A DNA stretch of 36,091 nucleotides from a virus (taxonomy: Duplodnaviria; Caudoviricetes), in the IMG/VR virus record IMGVR_UViG_3300044983_000100, positions 1 through 36,091 of that record; one strand, written 5' to 3'. The position numbers and the translations under genes are program-made. Each line of letters begins with the position of its first letter. The first letter of the stretch is position 1. Shown here piece after piece: positions 26,949 to 34,152 of this stretch. The notes under the pieces are model-generated. The model was not told the DNA's origin and did no database searches. It was given only the letters and a program-made list of their open reading frames with translations.

Positions 26949-27628
26949 GCGGCGTTCTTGTTCAGCTCACGAAGGCGGTGCAGCTCCTCTCGCAGGCGCG
27001 GACCTTCGACGACGTCATGGACATCCGGTCCTTCGCCACGGCCGCCGAAGCCTACGCCCGAGCCGAGAAACTCGGCGACGAGGCCGAGCGGTACGCCCGG
27101 GAGATTCGTGTGCGTGCAGCTCGCAAGGGCGGCGAGCTCCTCGGCGAGATGAAGAAGAACGGTGACCTCGAGCAGGGGCGACCGCCGAAAACGTCATCGG
27201 GTGGTGACGTTTATCTCACGGACCTGGGCATCACCCGAAACGAGTCGTCCCGCTGGCAGAAGATCGCGGCCGTCCCCGAGGAGGACTTCGAGCGACGCGT
27301 GGCCGCAGGACAGACCGAGCGGGACATCGCTCGAGCAGTACGGCTACAGCGCCCGAGGACACCGACGAACCTGTCCCCGAAGGCGAAGACGAACGGCTAC
27401 ACGTTGCAGCAGAGTCTCCGCGGCCTCCAACAGGCCGCCATGCAGGTTCAGGGACTCGCAGAGGCGCTCGATGGGCAGATGCTCGGCGACTGGTCGCGCC
27501 TGTACGACGAGCCCGACGCGCAGCCCTGGTTCGATGCGATCGAGCAGAGTTTGCCGGTCCTGGCCGCACGTCTGAAACGCGTGCTACGTGAGAGGGGGAG
27601 GGATGTCGCAGACCGCGATATTGGGTGA
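26945..27628 (+). CDS. Hypothetical DNA-binding protein resembling the N-terminal module often fused to phage methylases
   Basis: DVMDIR..A.A..AYAR.. and LTDLGITRNESSRWQKIA. Confidence 0.6.
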   Translation: MSGVLVQLTKAVQLLSQARTFDDVMDIRSFATAAEAYARAEKLGDEAERYAREIRVRAARKGGELLGEMKKNGDLEQGRPPKTSSGGDVYLTDLGITRNESSRWQKIAAVPEEDFERRVAAGQTERDIARAVRLQRPRTPTNLSPKAKTNGYTLQQSLRGLQQAAMQVQGLAEALDGQMLGDWSRLYDEPDAQPWFDAIEQSLPVLAARLKRVLRERGRDVADRDIG

Positions 27629-28397
27629 GGGGCAGTTCCGCGCGGTTCGCCTGGCGGACCTCGTGACCGATGGACGGTTCAACCGAGACGTATCGAACAC
27701 GGCAGTCGAGCGGATTCTCAGTGCGTTCGACGCGCAAGCCTTTGGGACGATCACCGTCTGGGAGCGAGACGACGGGGCGCTCGTCATCATCGACGGGCAG
27801 CACCGTGTCGAGGCGGCGCGGCGCCGGGGTATCTCCGAGACGGCCAAGTGCATCCCGGCGGTGGTTCACCGTGGGCTAACCCTCGCCGAGGCCGCTGCCC
27901 TGTTCGTCGAATCGAACGCGACGAAACTCGTCAGCGCCTTCGACAAGTACCGGGCGCTGCTGACCGCAGGCGATCCCGAGACCACGGCGATCCATGCCAT
28001 CGTCAGCTTCCGAGACCTCACCATCACTCGGTCGGTCGGCGACGGCTCGATTGGGTGCGTTGATGCAGTCCGGTGGGCCTATCGCACCGGCGAGCCTGAG
28101 GGCTCTGTCCTGGCATTGACCTTGCTGGCGATCCAGTCCGCATGGGGGCCAGCTTCCGAGGCGTACCGCTCGGCCATCGTCCGTGGGGTGGCGCTCTACT
28201 TCCACGAGCATCGCGACATCGAGCCGACGGACCTGGGCGACGCCCTCGCTCGAGGGCCGGGTGCCCCGATCAACCTAATCGCGTGGGCGAAGACGATCGC
28301 TGGCACGCAGCGGATGCCACTCGACCGGGCGATCGCTCAGGTCATCGAGCAGCGCGTGATGAAGCGTCGTCCCCGTCCAAGGGCTGCCGAGCGATGA
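27603..28397 (+). CDS. ParB/Srx-like N-terminal domain protein
   Basis: FNR, FGTITVWER, IIDGQHRVEAA and EAAALFVESN; SD GGGGAGG. Confidence 0.8.
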   Translation: MSQTAILGEGQFRAVRLADLVTDGRFNRDVSNTAVERILSAFDAQAFGTITVWERDDGALVIIDGQHRVEAARRRGISETAKCIPAVVHRGLTLAEAAALFVESNATKLVSAFDKYRALLTAGDPETTAIHAIVSFRDLTITRSVGDGSIGCVDAVRWAYRTGEPEGSVLALTLLAIQSAWGPASEAYRSAIVRGVALYFHEHRDIEPTDLGDALARGPGAPINLIAWAKTIAGTQRMPLDRAIAQVIEQRVMKRRPRPRAAER

Positions 28398-28912
28398 CCT
28401 CGCTCAACCTCACTTGCCCGGATTGCGGTGGCGCAATCGCTCATCAGTGCGGCGCAACTCGCGGCGCAACTCGCGGCGCAATACCCGACGCAAACGCTCC
28501 GCAAATCGTGGCGCAAATCCCCGGCCAAGCACAGATTGCGCATGTCTCTCAGATCTTCAAACCGCCATCTCCGAACAAGGGCAAGACCTACAACCAAGGC
28601 TACGATGCGCATTTCGGTGAGTTCTGGAAGGTGTACCCACTACGCCGAGACAAGCGCAAAGCGTTCAAAGCATGGCGCAATGCCGTCGCAAGACTCGGCG
28701 CAAACGCCGACGCAAGAGCCGCAATCATCGCTGGCGCAATCCGCTACCGCGACGACCCGAACCGGCTCGACCAGTTCACGAAGTACGCCGAGGGCTGGCT
28801 GAACGCCGACGGCTGGGAAGACGAGCCTCTGCCGACACGGCTGAACGGCAAGGAGCCGGCCCACCGCGAGATCACCGAGGCCGACTACGAAGCGGCACGG
28901 AGGCAGACGTGA
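28394..28912 (+). CDS. Putative replication initiator/replisome organiser with N-terminal Zn ribbon
   Basis: CPDC..HQC; FGEFWKVYP..RDKRKAFKAW and KYAEGWLN..GWEDE motifs; contains iteron-like repeats. Confidence 0.75.
   Translation: MTSLNLTCPDCGGAIAHQCGATRGATRGAIPDANAPQIVAQIPGQAQIAHVSQIFKPPSPNKGKTYNQGYDAHFGEFWKVYPLRRDKRKAFKAWRNAVARLGANADARAAIIAGAIRYRDDPNRLDQFTKYAEGWLNADGWEDEPLPTRLNGKEPAHREITEADYEAARRQT
28431..28740 (+). repeat. Iteron-like CGCAA array (putative replication origin)
   Basis: 14 same-strand CGCAA copies at 28432, 28453, 28465, 28477, 28489, 28500, 28512 and 28655, 28676, 28687, 28699, 28711, 28720, 28735. Confidence 0.75.
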
Positions 28913-29133
28913 CCACCCTCCGCGCCGACGCCGCCAAGGCTGCCGAGGAGGCCGCGATCAAGCTCGCTCACATCCGCGGCTGTTCGAAGGTCGAAGCGTC
29001 CCAAGCCGTCGCCCAGACCTACGCCGAGAACCTCCGGCTGTCCAGGACCACGACGATGGAGCCGTACTGGCGGCTGATGGTCGACGTCGCCGAGCAGCAG
29101 GTGGGCGCGGCGCTGGGGGAGTCGGGCCGATGA
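28909..29133 (+). CDS. Hypothetical protein
   Basis: GTGA coupling after GGAGG. Confidence 0.6.
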   Translation: MTTLRADAAKAAEEAAIKLAHIRGCSKVEASQAVAQTYAENLRLSRTTTMEPYWRLMVDVAEQQVGAALGESGR

Positions 29134-29561
29134 GTACCCTCACCCGCCCGCCGAAGCCGCGCGCCGGCCCCTACGCCGGCAACGCCGACCGCTGCCAACG
29201 CTGCCCGAGACTCGCCGAGATCCTGCAGTGGTGCAGGCATCACGCCGAGGAGGTCGCCGATCAGCGTGTCTCGAGGTTCGTCCGCCGGCGTGATGGGGCC
29301 TGCGTCATGTGCGGCGAGCGAGCCCCGTGGCTCCTGGAGGCAGCTCACATCCTGAGACGCCGCTACATGCGCGTCCGCTGGAACCCGGCGAACCTCCTCG
29401 CGCTCTGCAACTCGTGCCACTACGGCTTCGACCACGAGCCGAAGACCGGACGCGCTTGGTTACGTGACAACCGACCCGGGCTCCTCGAGCAGCTCGAGGC
29501 GTTGAAGGACTCGGCGCCGATCCCCGACGTCGGCGAAGTGATCGTGAGGTACGCGGCGTGA
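29130..29561 (+). CDS. NinG/Rap-like HNH nuclease
   Basis: SRFVRRRDGACVMCG, EAAHILRR, RWNPANLLALCNSCH. Confidence 0.75.
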   Translation: MSTLTRPPKPRAGPYAGNADRCQRCPRLAEILQWCRHHAEEVADQRVSRFVRRRDGACVMCGERAPWLLEAAHILRRRYMRVRWNPANLLALCNSCHYGFDHEPKTGRAWLRDNRPGLLEQLEALKDSAPIPDVGEVIVRYAA

Positions 29562-30184
29562 GCGACGTGAACGCGTTCGAGGAGTCTGACCGCGCCGTTC
29601 GCGCTCGCCTCGAGGATGAGTTCGCCGAGCAGATTGCGCGCGGCCTCCAGCTTGCCAGCGAGGTTGAGCGCCTAGAGGCCGAGGTCGAAGGCCAGACGGA
29701 CAGAGCCGACGCGCTTGAGGAACTAGCCCGCATCACCCGCGAGAAGTTGGAGCAAGCCGAGGCCGAGGTCGAGCGGCTGCGGGACAAATACGACGAGTGC
29801 TGGGCGGACTGGAACGCAGCGACGAATGAGGTCAAGAGGTTAAAGAAGAAGGCTGATTGGCTCGTTGGTGCATTACGTGCCGAAGAAGCGGTTAGCCGCG
29901 ACCGAGGAGCCGAGGTCGAACGGCTGCGGGCTGAACTACGCGGCGCCCGCCTGGTGTTCCCGGAGTACGACACCCTGAAAGACGAGGTCGAGCGGCTGCG
30001 TGCGAATCTCCAGACGACGGTCGAGAACCGAGATGCATGGTTGGCCGCGGTCGAGCAGCTGCGGGCGGCGCTCAAACCTGCGATGGAGTGGGCAGCAGGC
30101 TACCCACTCGGCGGCGATATGGACGAGCGTGCCGCCGCCGACGTGTACGAGCGAGCCCGCAACGCCCTATCGACGAGCACCTGA
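29558..30184 (+). CDS. Coiled-coil protein with repeated EVERLR motifs (Ead/Ea22-like)
   Basis: About 6 EVERL-type repeats. Confidence 0.65.
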   Translation: MSDVNAFEESDRAVRARLEDEFAEQIARGLQLASEVERLEAEVEGQTDRADALEELARITREKLEQAEAEVERLRDKYDECWADWNAATNEVKRLKKKADWLVGALRAEEAVSRDRGAEVERLRAELRGARLVFPEYDTLKDEVERLRANLQTTVENRDAWLAAVEQLRAALKPAMEWAAGYPLGGDMDERAAADVYERARNALSTST

Positions 30185-30261
30185 CCGAGGAGGTGACGCC
30201 CATACACACCGATCCGTAGGCCGTGGCGCCGGGAGCGCCCGACGACGACGGAGGTGCAAGC

Positions 30262-30729
30262 GTGAAACGAGCACTCAGGACGGCCGCGATCGCCGTGACC
30301 TTGGCAGGGATAGCGATCGGGCCGCCAGGCAACCCAGCAGAAGCCCGGCGTTTGGAGGATAGACCGAGAGTGGCAAGGTGTGCAGAGCATCATCCGTGGA
30401 CCCACGTGGGCGAGCGCGAGGGGCTGATCTGGTGCATCGCGCACCTCTTCAACTCCCCCGGCTCGCCGCGCACGGCGGTCGAGGTCGGACACTGTGAATC
30501 CGGGAGCGACCTTCAGGACGCGAACCTGAGCGACGCGAGGGGAGGAACGTTCCAACACTCAACGTCGTCGTGGCCGGGTAGGTGGAGAACGTGGGGTCAG
30601 AGGATCGGCGTGTCCTCGTCGATCACGAACGTCCTGTCGCAGGCCGTCGTCTCGGTTCGGATGGCGATCTCCCTCGGGACGTGGAACAGTGCGGCCGGCT
30701 GGAGCTGGTCGGCGTGGTGCTGGTCGTGA
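30262..30729 (+). CDS. Secreted lysozyme-like (SLT/Rpf-like) protein
   Basis: MKR...AEA signal peptide; VGHCESG (catalytic Glu), GGTFQH, W-rich C-terminus; SD GGAGG. Confidence 0.7.
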   Translation: MKRALRTAAIAVTLAGIAIGPPGNPAEARRLEDRPRVARCAEHHPWTHVGEREGLIWCIAHLFNSPGSPRTAVEVGHCESGSDLQDANLSDARGGTFQHSTSSWPGRWRTWGQRIGVSSSITNVLSQAVVSVRMAISLGTWNSAAGWSWSAWCWS

Positions 30730-30742
30730 TTCAGGAGACGCC

Positions 30743-31150
30743 GTGACCATCCGCTCCCTCGCCGAGATTCAGACTCACATGCTCAACGCCGCCGCAGCCT
30801 ACGTCCGCATCCAGGAGCAGTACCAGTGGGCGGTCAACTACTCGCACGCGCCGACGAAAGCGAACGGTCAGGGATCGGGCCAGATCGCGTATTCCAACCC
30901 GGTCCTCGGCGTGGTCGCCGACGAACAGAAGGCCGAGGTGCGCGAGCTCCTGGAGGCCTTCGACGACGCGGTGCAGCGCGTCGACACCGAGCTCACGCGG
31001 ATCCGGAAGGGGCTCGACCGGCGACTCGGTCCGGAGGACCCGAAGAAGCCCCGCGGCACGTTCCCCCGATCGGTCGGCAAGACCGAACTCGATAAGCTGA
31101 AGGAAGCCCGAGACCGTCGGCGGATCAGAGCGGAGCACTATGGGAACTGA
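30743..31150 (+). CDS. Hypothetical protein
   Basis: SD AGGAG; 135 aa. Confidence 0.65.
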   Translation: MTIRSLAEIQTHMLNAAAAYVRIQEQYQWAVNYSHAPTKANGQGSGQIAYSNPVLGVVADEQKAEVRELLEAFDDAVQRVDTELTRIRKGLDRRLGPEDPKKPRGTFPRSVGKTELDKLKEARDRRRIRAEHYGN

Positions 31151-31307
31151 TCGGCACCTGATTACGCTCCTCGGTTACCCGATCGGGACAGCGAGCGACG
31201 AGGTCATCGACTCAGAGCGCATCGGCGCCGTCCTCGAGGAGGTCGCGCGGAACGGCGTCCGTTGGCTCGGTCACGATTGGAAGCCGCCGGCCAAGGGGAA
31301 GGCTTGA
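31140..31307 (+). CDS. 55-aa hypothetical protein (not in ORF track)
   Basis: MGTDRHLITLLGYPIG...; overlaps neighbours at both ends. Confidence 0.5.
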   Translation: MGTDRHLITLLGYPIGTASDEVIDSERIGAVLEEVARNGVRWLGHDWKPPAKGKA

Positions 31308-31504
31308 CTCTCTGCCGAACCTGTGGCGATTCACAAGCCCAGGTCGCCGGCCAGTGCCGAGCCTGCTACGTCTACGCTCGGCGTACGGGGGAGGACCGAT
31401 CCGACTACCTGGCCCGCCTCGAGGCTCGGCGTGAGGCGGCCCGGGACCGCGCTTGGAGGCGGTTACGGATCCGGTGGATGTCGGAGGCCCGGGGTAGCAT
31501 GTGA
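31304..31504 (+). CDS. Zn-finger protein (CxxC...GxCxxCY)
   Basis: TTGA coupling; CRTC...GQCRACYVYARRTG. Confidence 0.65.
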   Translation: MTLCRTCGDSQAQVAGQCRACYVYARRTGEDRSDYLARLEARREAARDRAWRRLRIRWMSEARGSM

Positions 31505-31544
31505 GGTCAGGAAGTGCCCCGGCGCTGTTGGCGCAGCCCGGGGC

Positions 31545-32060
31545 ATGGCCGACAGCCGCCAAGGACTGCCGACAGTGGACCAACCTAGCATCCCGGGCCT
31601 TCCGGCTGAGGAGCGTCGGCTATGTCCTGGTTGTCAGACCGTCCGCGCCGTCTCCGACTTCCGGGCCGCTTGCACCTACTGCCGGTTCTGCTTCCGATTC
31701 CAGAACTCCCTGCGGCTGGCTGTGCCCTATGATCGCCTGCTCCGCGAGCAGGACGGGCTTTGCAAGATCTGTGGCGTCGAGCTCGGCCAGGACCGTCGTG
31801 CAGATGTTGACCACATTCACGTCAAGCCGGAGGACCGGGATGGCTTCGTCTACGTACGTGGTCTTCTCTGCTCCCGCTGCAACAACCTGATCGGCGCTGC
31901 CGAGGACCGGCCGGAACTTCTCCGGTCGGCTGCCATCTACCTGGAAGCACAGGCCGAGCGCTTCTATCTCCCGGTGGTCCGAGTGAAGCGCAAGCACCGG
32001 TCACACGGCCCGCGTCAGGTAACCGGCAAACAGGCCGGAAAAGGTATCCCATCGTTGTAA
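31545..32060 (+). CDS. Endonuclease VII-like protein
   Basis: QDGLCKICG, VDHIH, VRGLLCSRCNNLIG, AAIYL. Confidence 0.88.
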   Translation: MADSRQGLPTVDQPSIPGLPAEERRLCPGCQTVRAVSDFRAACTYCRFCFRFQNSLRLAVPYDRLLREQDGLCKICGVELGQDRRADVDHIHVKPEDRDGFVYVRGLLCSRCNNLIGAAEDRPELLRSAAIYLEAQAERFYLPVVRVKRKHRSHGPRQVTGKQAGKGIPSL

Positions 32061-32083
32061 TCCACCCCCGGGTTTGGCACAAT
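32055..32083 (+). promoter_or_regulatory. Putative late promoter
   Basis: TTGTAA-17 bp-CACAAT with extended TG, upstream of the structural operon. Confidence 0.6.
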
Positions 32084-32143
32084 CTCTCAGGATCCGCAGG
32101 CCTTGCGCCCCGGATCTCCCTCGGTCCACCGGCCGAGAACCTC

Positions 32144-32180
32144 CGAAGCGCCGTCCACGGGTGGGGCGGCGCTTCGCTTT
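32144..32180 (+). terminator. Terminator-like hairpin in the late leader
   Basis: 13-bp stem 32144-32156/32164-32176 followed by CTTT. Confidence 0.6.
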
Positions 32181-32192
32181 GGGGAGGGGTCC

Positions 32193-32399
32193 ATGCCCAG
32201 ACCAACCTCGCGCCATGCGCGCTCATGGGCGAACGGCTACGAGCCCGGATCGGTCTACGCCCAGATGACGCCGCGCGAACAGAAGGCCTACCGCCAGTGG
32301 CTCAAGGAAAGGGCCGCCGACGCTAGGGTCTACGAACGCGGTCTGCGCGGCACGACTCAGAAGGGCCGATCGGCTGGCGCCGACTTCGCGGAGGTGTAG
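32193..32399 (+). CDS. Small basic hypothetical protein
   Basis: SD GGGGAGGGG; 68 aa. Confidence 0.6.
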   Translation: MPRPTSRHARSWANGYEPGSVYAQMTPREQKAYRQWLKERAADARVYERGLRGTTQKGRSAGADFAEV

Positions 32400-32403
32400 C
32401 GCG

Positions 32404-32553
32404 GTGAGGGACTGGCTCCTAACTCGGCGCGACTTCCTCAAGAGCTCGGGGCTGATGTTCATCTTCCCGTGGACCGGGCAGCGTAGGCCCCGCAACCGGC
32501 GTCCGTCGACGACCGTCGGTCTCCTGCTCCTCCTGCAGCAGAGGACGGTTTAG
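32404..32553 (+). CDS. 49-aa peptide with twin-arginine (Tat) motif (not in ORF track)
   Basis: SD GGAGG; MRDWLLTRRDFLKSSGLMFIFPW...; stop codon abuts the next ATG. Confidence 0.65.
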   Translation: MRDWLLTRRDFLKSSGLMFIFPWTGQRRPRNRRPSTTVGLLLLLQQRTV

Positions 32554-32982
32554 ATGCCCGACGTCAAACACAAGTTCACGACCGCGATCCCCGACGACGG
32601 CACGCCGGTTGGCGGGGTCGGCAGTGACGAGTGGAACGATCTCCACGTCTGGCCGACGAACTCGACGATCGGCAACCTGACGCTGGCCGATGGCGACTTC
32701 GCGATCCACTTCTACGAGATCGCCCTGACCGGCGAACTCGTCCTGGCCGGCACGGCGGAGATTTCGGTCCTCGGCTGGAACGACACGAAGGTCTACAACG
32801 TCCTCGGCAACCCTCGCACGCCGAAAGCTCCGTTCCGCATCCCCAACGGGCATGACTACACGGAGGTAGACGAACTCGGACTGACGGGCGAGATCGAGGC
32901 CTTCATCGAAGGTGATGCCGAACTCTACATCGCCAACTTCAACGAGATCTCCGAGACCATACTCGCGGGAAGGACGTTCTAA
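32554..32982 (+). CDS. Acidic putative virion accessory protein
   Basis: KHKFTTAIPDDG...SDEWNDLH N-terminus; short beta-like repeats. Confidence 0.6.
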   Translation: MPDVKHKFTTAIPDDGTPVGGVGSDEWNDLHVWPTNSTIGNLTLADGDFAIHFYEIALTGELVLAGTAEISVLGWNDTKVYNVLGNPRTPKAPFRIPNGHDYTEVDELGLTGEIEAFIEGDAELYIANFNEISETILAGRTF

Positions 32983-33621
32983 ATGGGAACAGCGCTCTTC
33001 GATAACCAGGCTGTGCCAGCGACGCCGGCGGCGGGCAAGTCCCGCGTCTTCGTGGACTCGACGACGAAGCGGTTGGCCCAGTTGGATGATACGGGGGCCG
33101 TTGGAAAGAGCACTTACATCTCGGGGAACGACTCGACGGCCTCGCAGGTGCTTCCCTCAGGCGGTGAGACCTACATCACGAACTCGGGTCTCCTGATTCC
33201 ATCCTTCGGCATGAAGGCCGGACAGTTGTACCGCTGGTATCTGTACATCAGTAAGACGGCTGCGGGGACTGGTGCTGCTGTCTTCAGGCTCAAGCAGGGT
33301 GCCAACCAGACCACTGCCGATACCACGCGGGCAACGATCACGTCGGCCGCTCAGACGGCAGCCGTGGACAGCGGTGTATTCATGTTCATGTGTCACGTGC
33401 GGTCGGTGAGTGCTACGGGCCAGGTGGTGTTCAACTACGCTATTGCTGGCAAGAGGGCGGCTGATGCCGTTGGATTCGGAAACTCGTCCCTGAGCAACAT
33501 CCCCGCCACTTTCGACAACACGGCGCTTGCAGGGACGTATGTCGGGCTCTCCATCGATACCATCGTTACCGGTACCCCGGTGTGGACCATTGAAGTTGTT
33601 GAATGCAAGCTCACCGGCTAG
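32983..33621 (+). CDS. Putative fibre/receptor-binding protein
   Basis: PATPAAGKSRVFVDS.TKRL..DDTG N-terminus; T/S/G-rich beta body. Confidence 0.6.
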   Translation: MGTALFDNQAVPATPAAGKSRVFVDSTTKRLAQLDDTGAVGKSTYISGNDSTASQVLPSGGETYITNSGLLIPSFGMKAGQLYRWYLYISKTAAGTGAAVFRLKQGANQTTADTTRATITSAAQTAAVDSGVFMFMCHVRSVSATGQVVFNYAIAGKRAADAVGFGNSSLSNIPATFDNTALAGTYVGLSIDTIVTGTPVWTIEVVECKLTG

Positions 33622-33629
33622 GAGGCTAG

Positions 33630-33782
33630 ATGCTCGAGAAGCTCAAGGCTCGAATCCGCCGCAAGCCGAAGGCGACGCAAACCCTAAGCGCCAAGGTCAT
33701 CCGAGCAAACGGAACCGTGGAAGACCTCGGGGTGATCTCCGAGACCAAGAGCGAGGGATGGGGAGTGAAGGCCGATGGGTGA
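33630..33782 (+). CDS. 50-aa hypothetical protein (not in ORF track)
   Basis: SD GGAGG; SAKVIRANGTVEDLG. Confidence 0.65.
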   Translation: MLEKLKARIRRKPKATQTLSAKVIRANGTVEDLGVISETKSEGWGVKADG

Positions 33783-34146
33783 CGTCCTGACCAACCTCGG
33801 CGAGGAATGGGCAGCCAGTCGCCTCCTGGGGTCTGGGTCGCTCAACGTCGCCGCGACACACGGTGGGTTCGGAACAGCCGCCGGTGCGGCTGCTAAGACG
33901 GACACCACGCTCGGTACCGAAGTAGAGACTCGCGGCGCCGTGACTCCAACCCTAACGGGGTCAGGAGCGACCGCGAAGGCTCAATACGTCTGGACCAACA
34001 CGGCGACCGCAGGACGAGCCATCGTGGAAGCCGGGCTGTTCACCGCGTCGTCCGGCGGCACGATGCTCACGTCGCACGACTTCACGGTGATCAACCTTCT
34101 CTCCGGTGACGCGATCCAGTTCACCCTGACGATCGACCCGGCGTAG
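33775..34146 (+). CDS. Putative fibre/collar structural subunit
   Basis: LTN.G, GFGT, DTTLGTE, IVEAGLFTASSGGTML and INL.SGDAIQFT pattern of small beta-sandwich virion proteins. Confidence 0.65.
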   Translation: MGDVLTNLGEEWAASRLLGSGSLNVAATHGGFGTAAGAAAKTDTTLGTEVETRGAVTPTLTGSGATAKAQYVWTNTATAGRAIVEAGLFTASSGGTMLTSHDFTVINLLSGDAIQFTLTIDPA

Positions 34147-34152
34147 CCCCCG

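Noticed and set aside
27603-28397. ParABS partition system
   Set aside because: Only a ParB-like N-terminal domain; no ParA Walker-box gene or palindromic parS was found.
33630-34146. Possible frameshift fusion of the 50-aa ORF with the 123-aa subunit
   Set aside because: It would need a +1 shift with no slippery signal; the second gene has its own SD (GGGGAG) and ATG.
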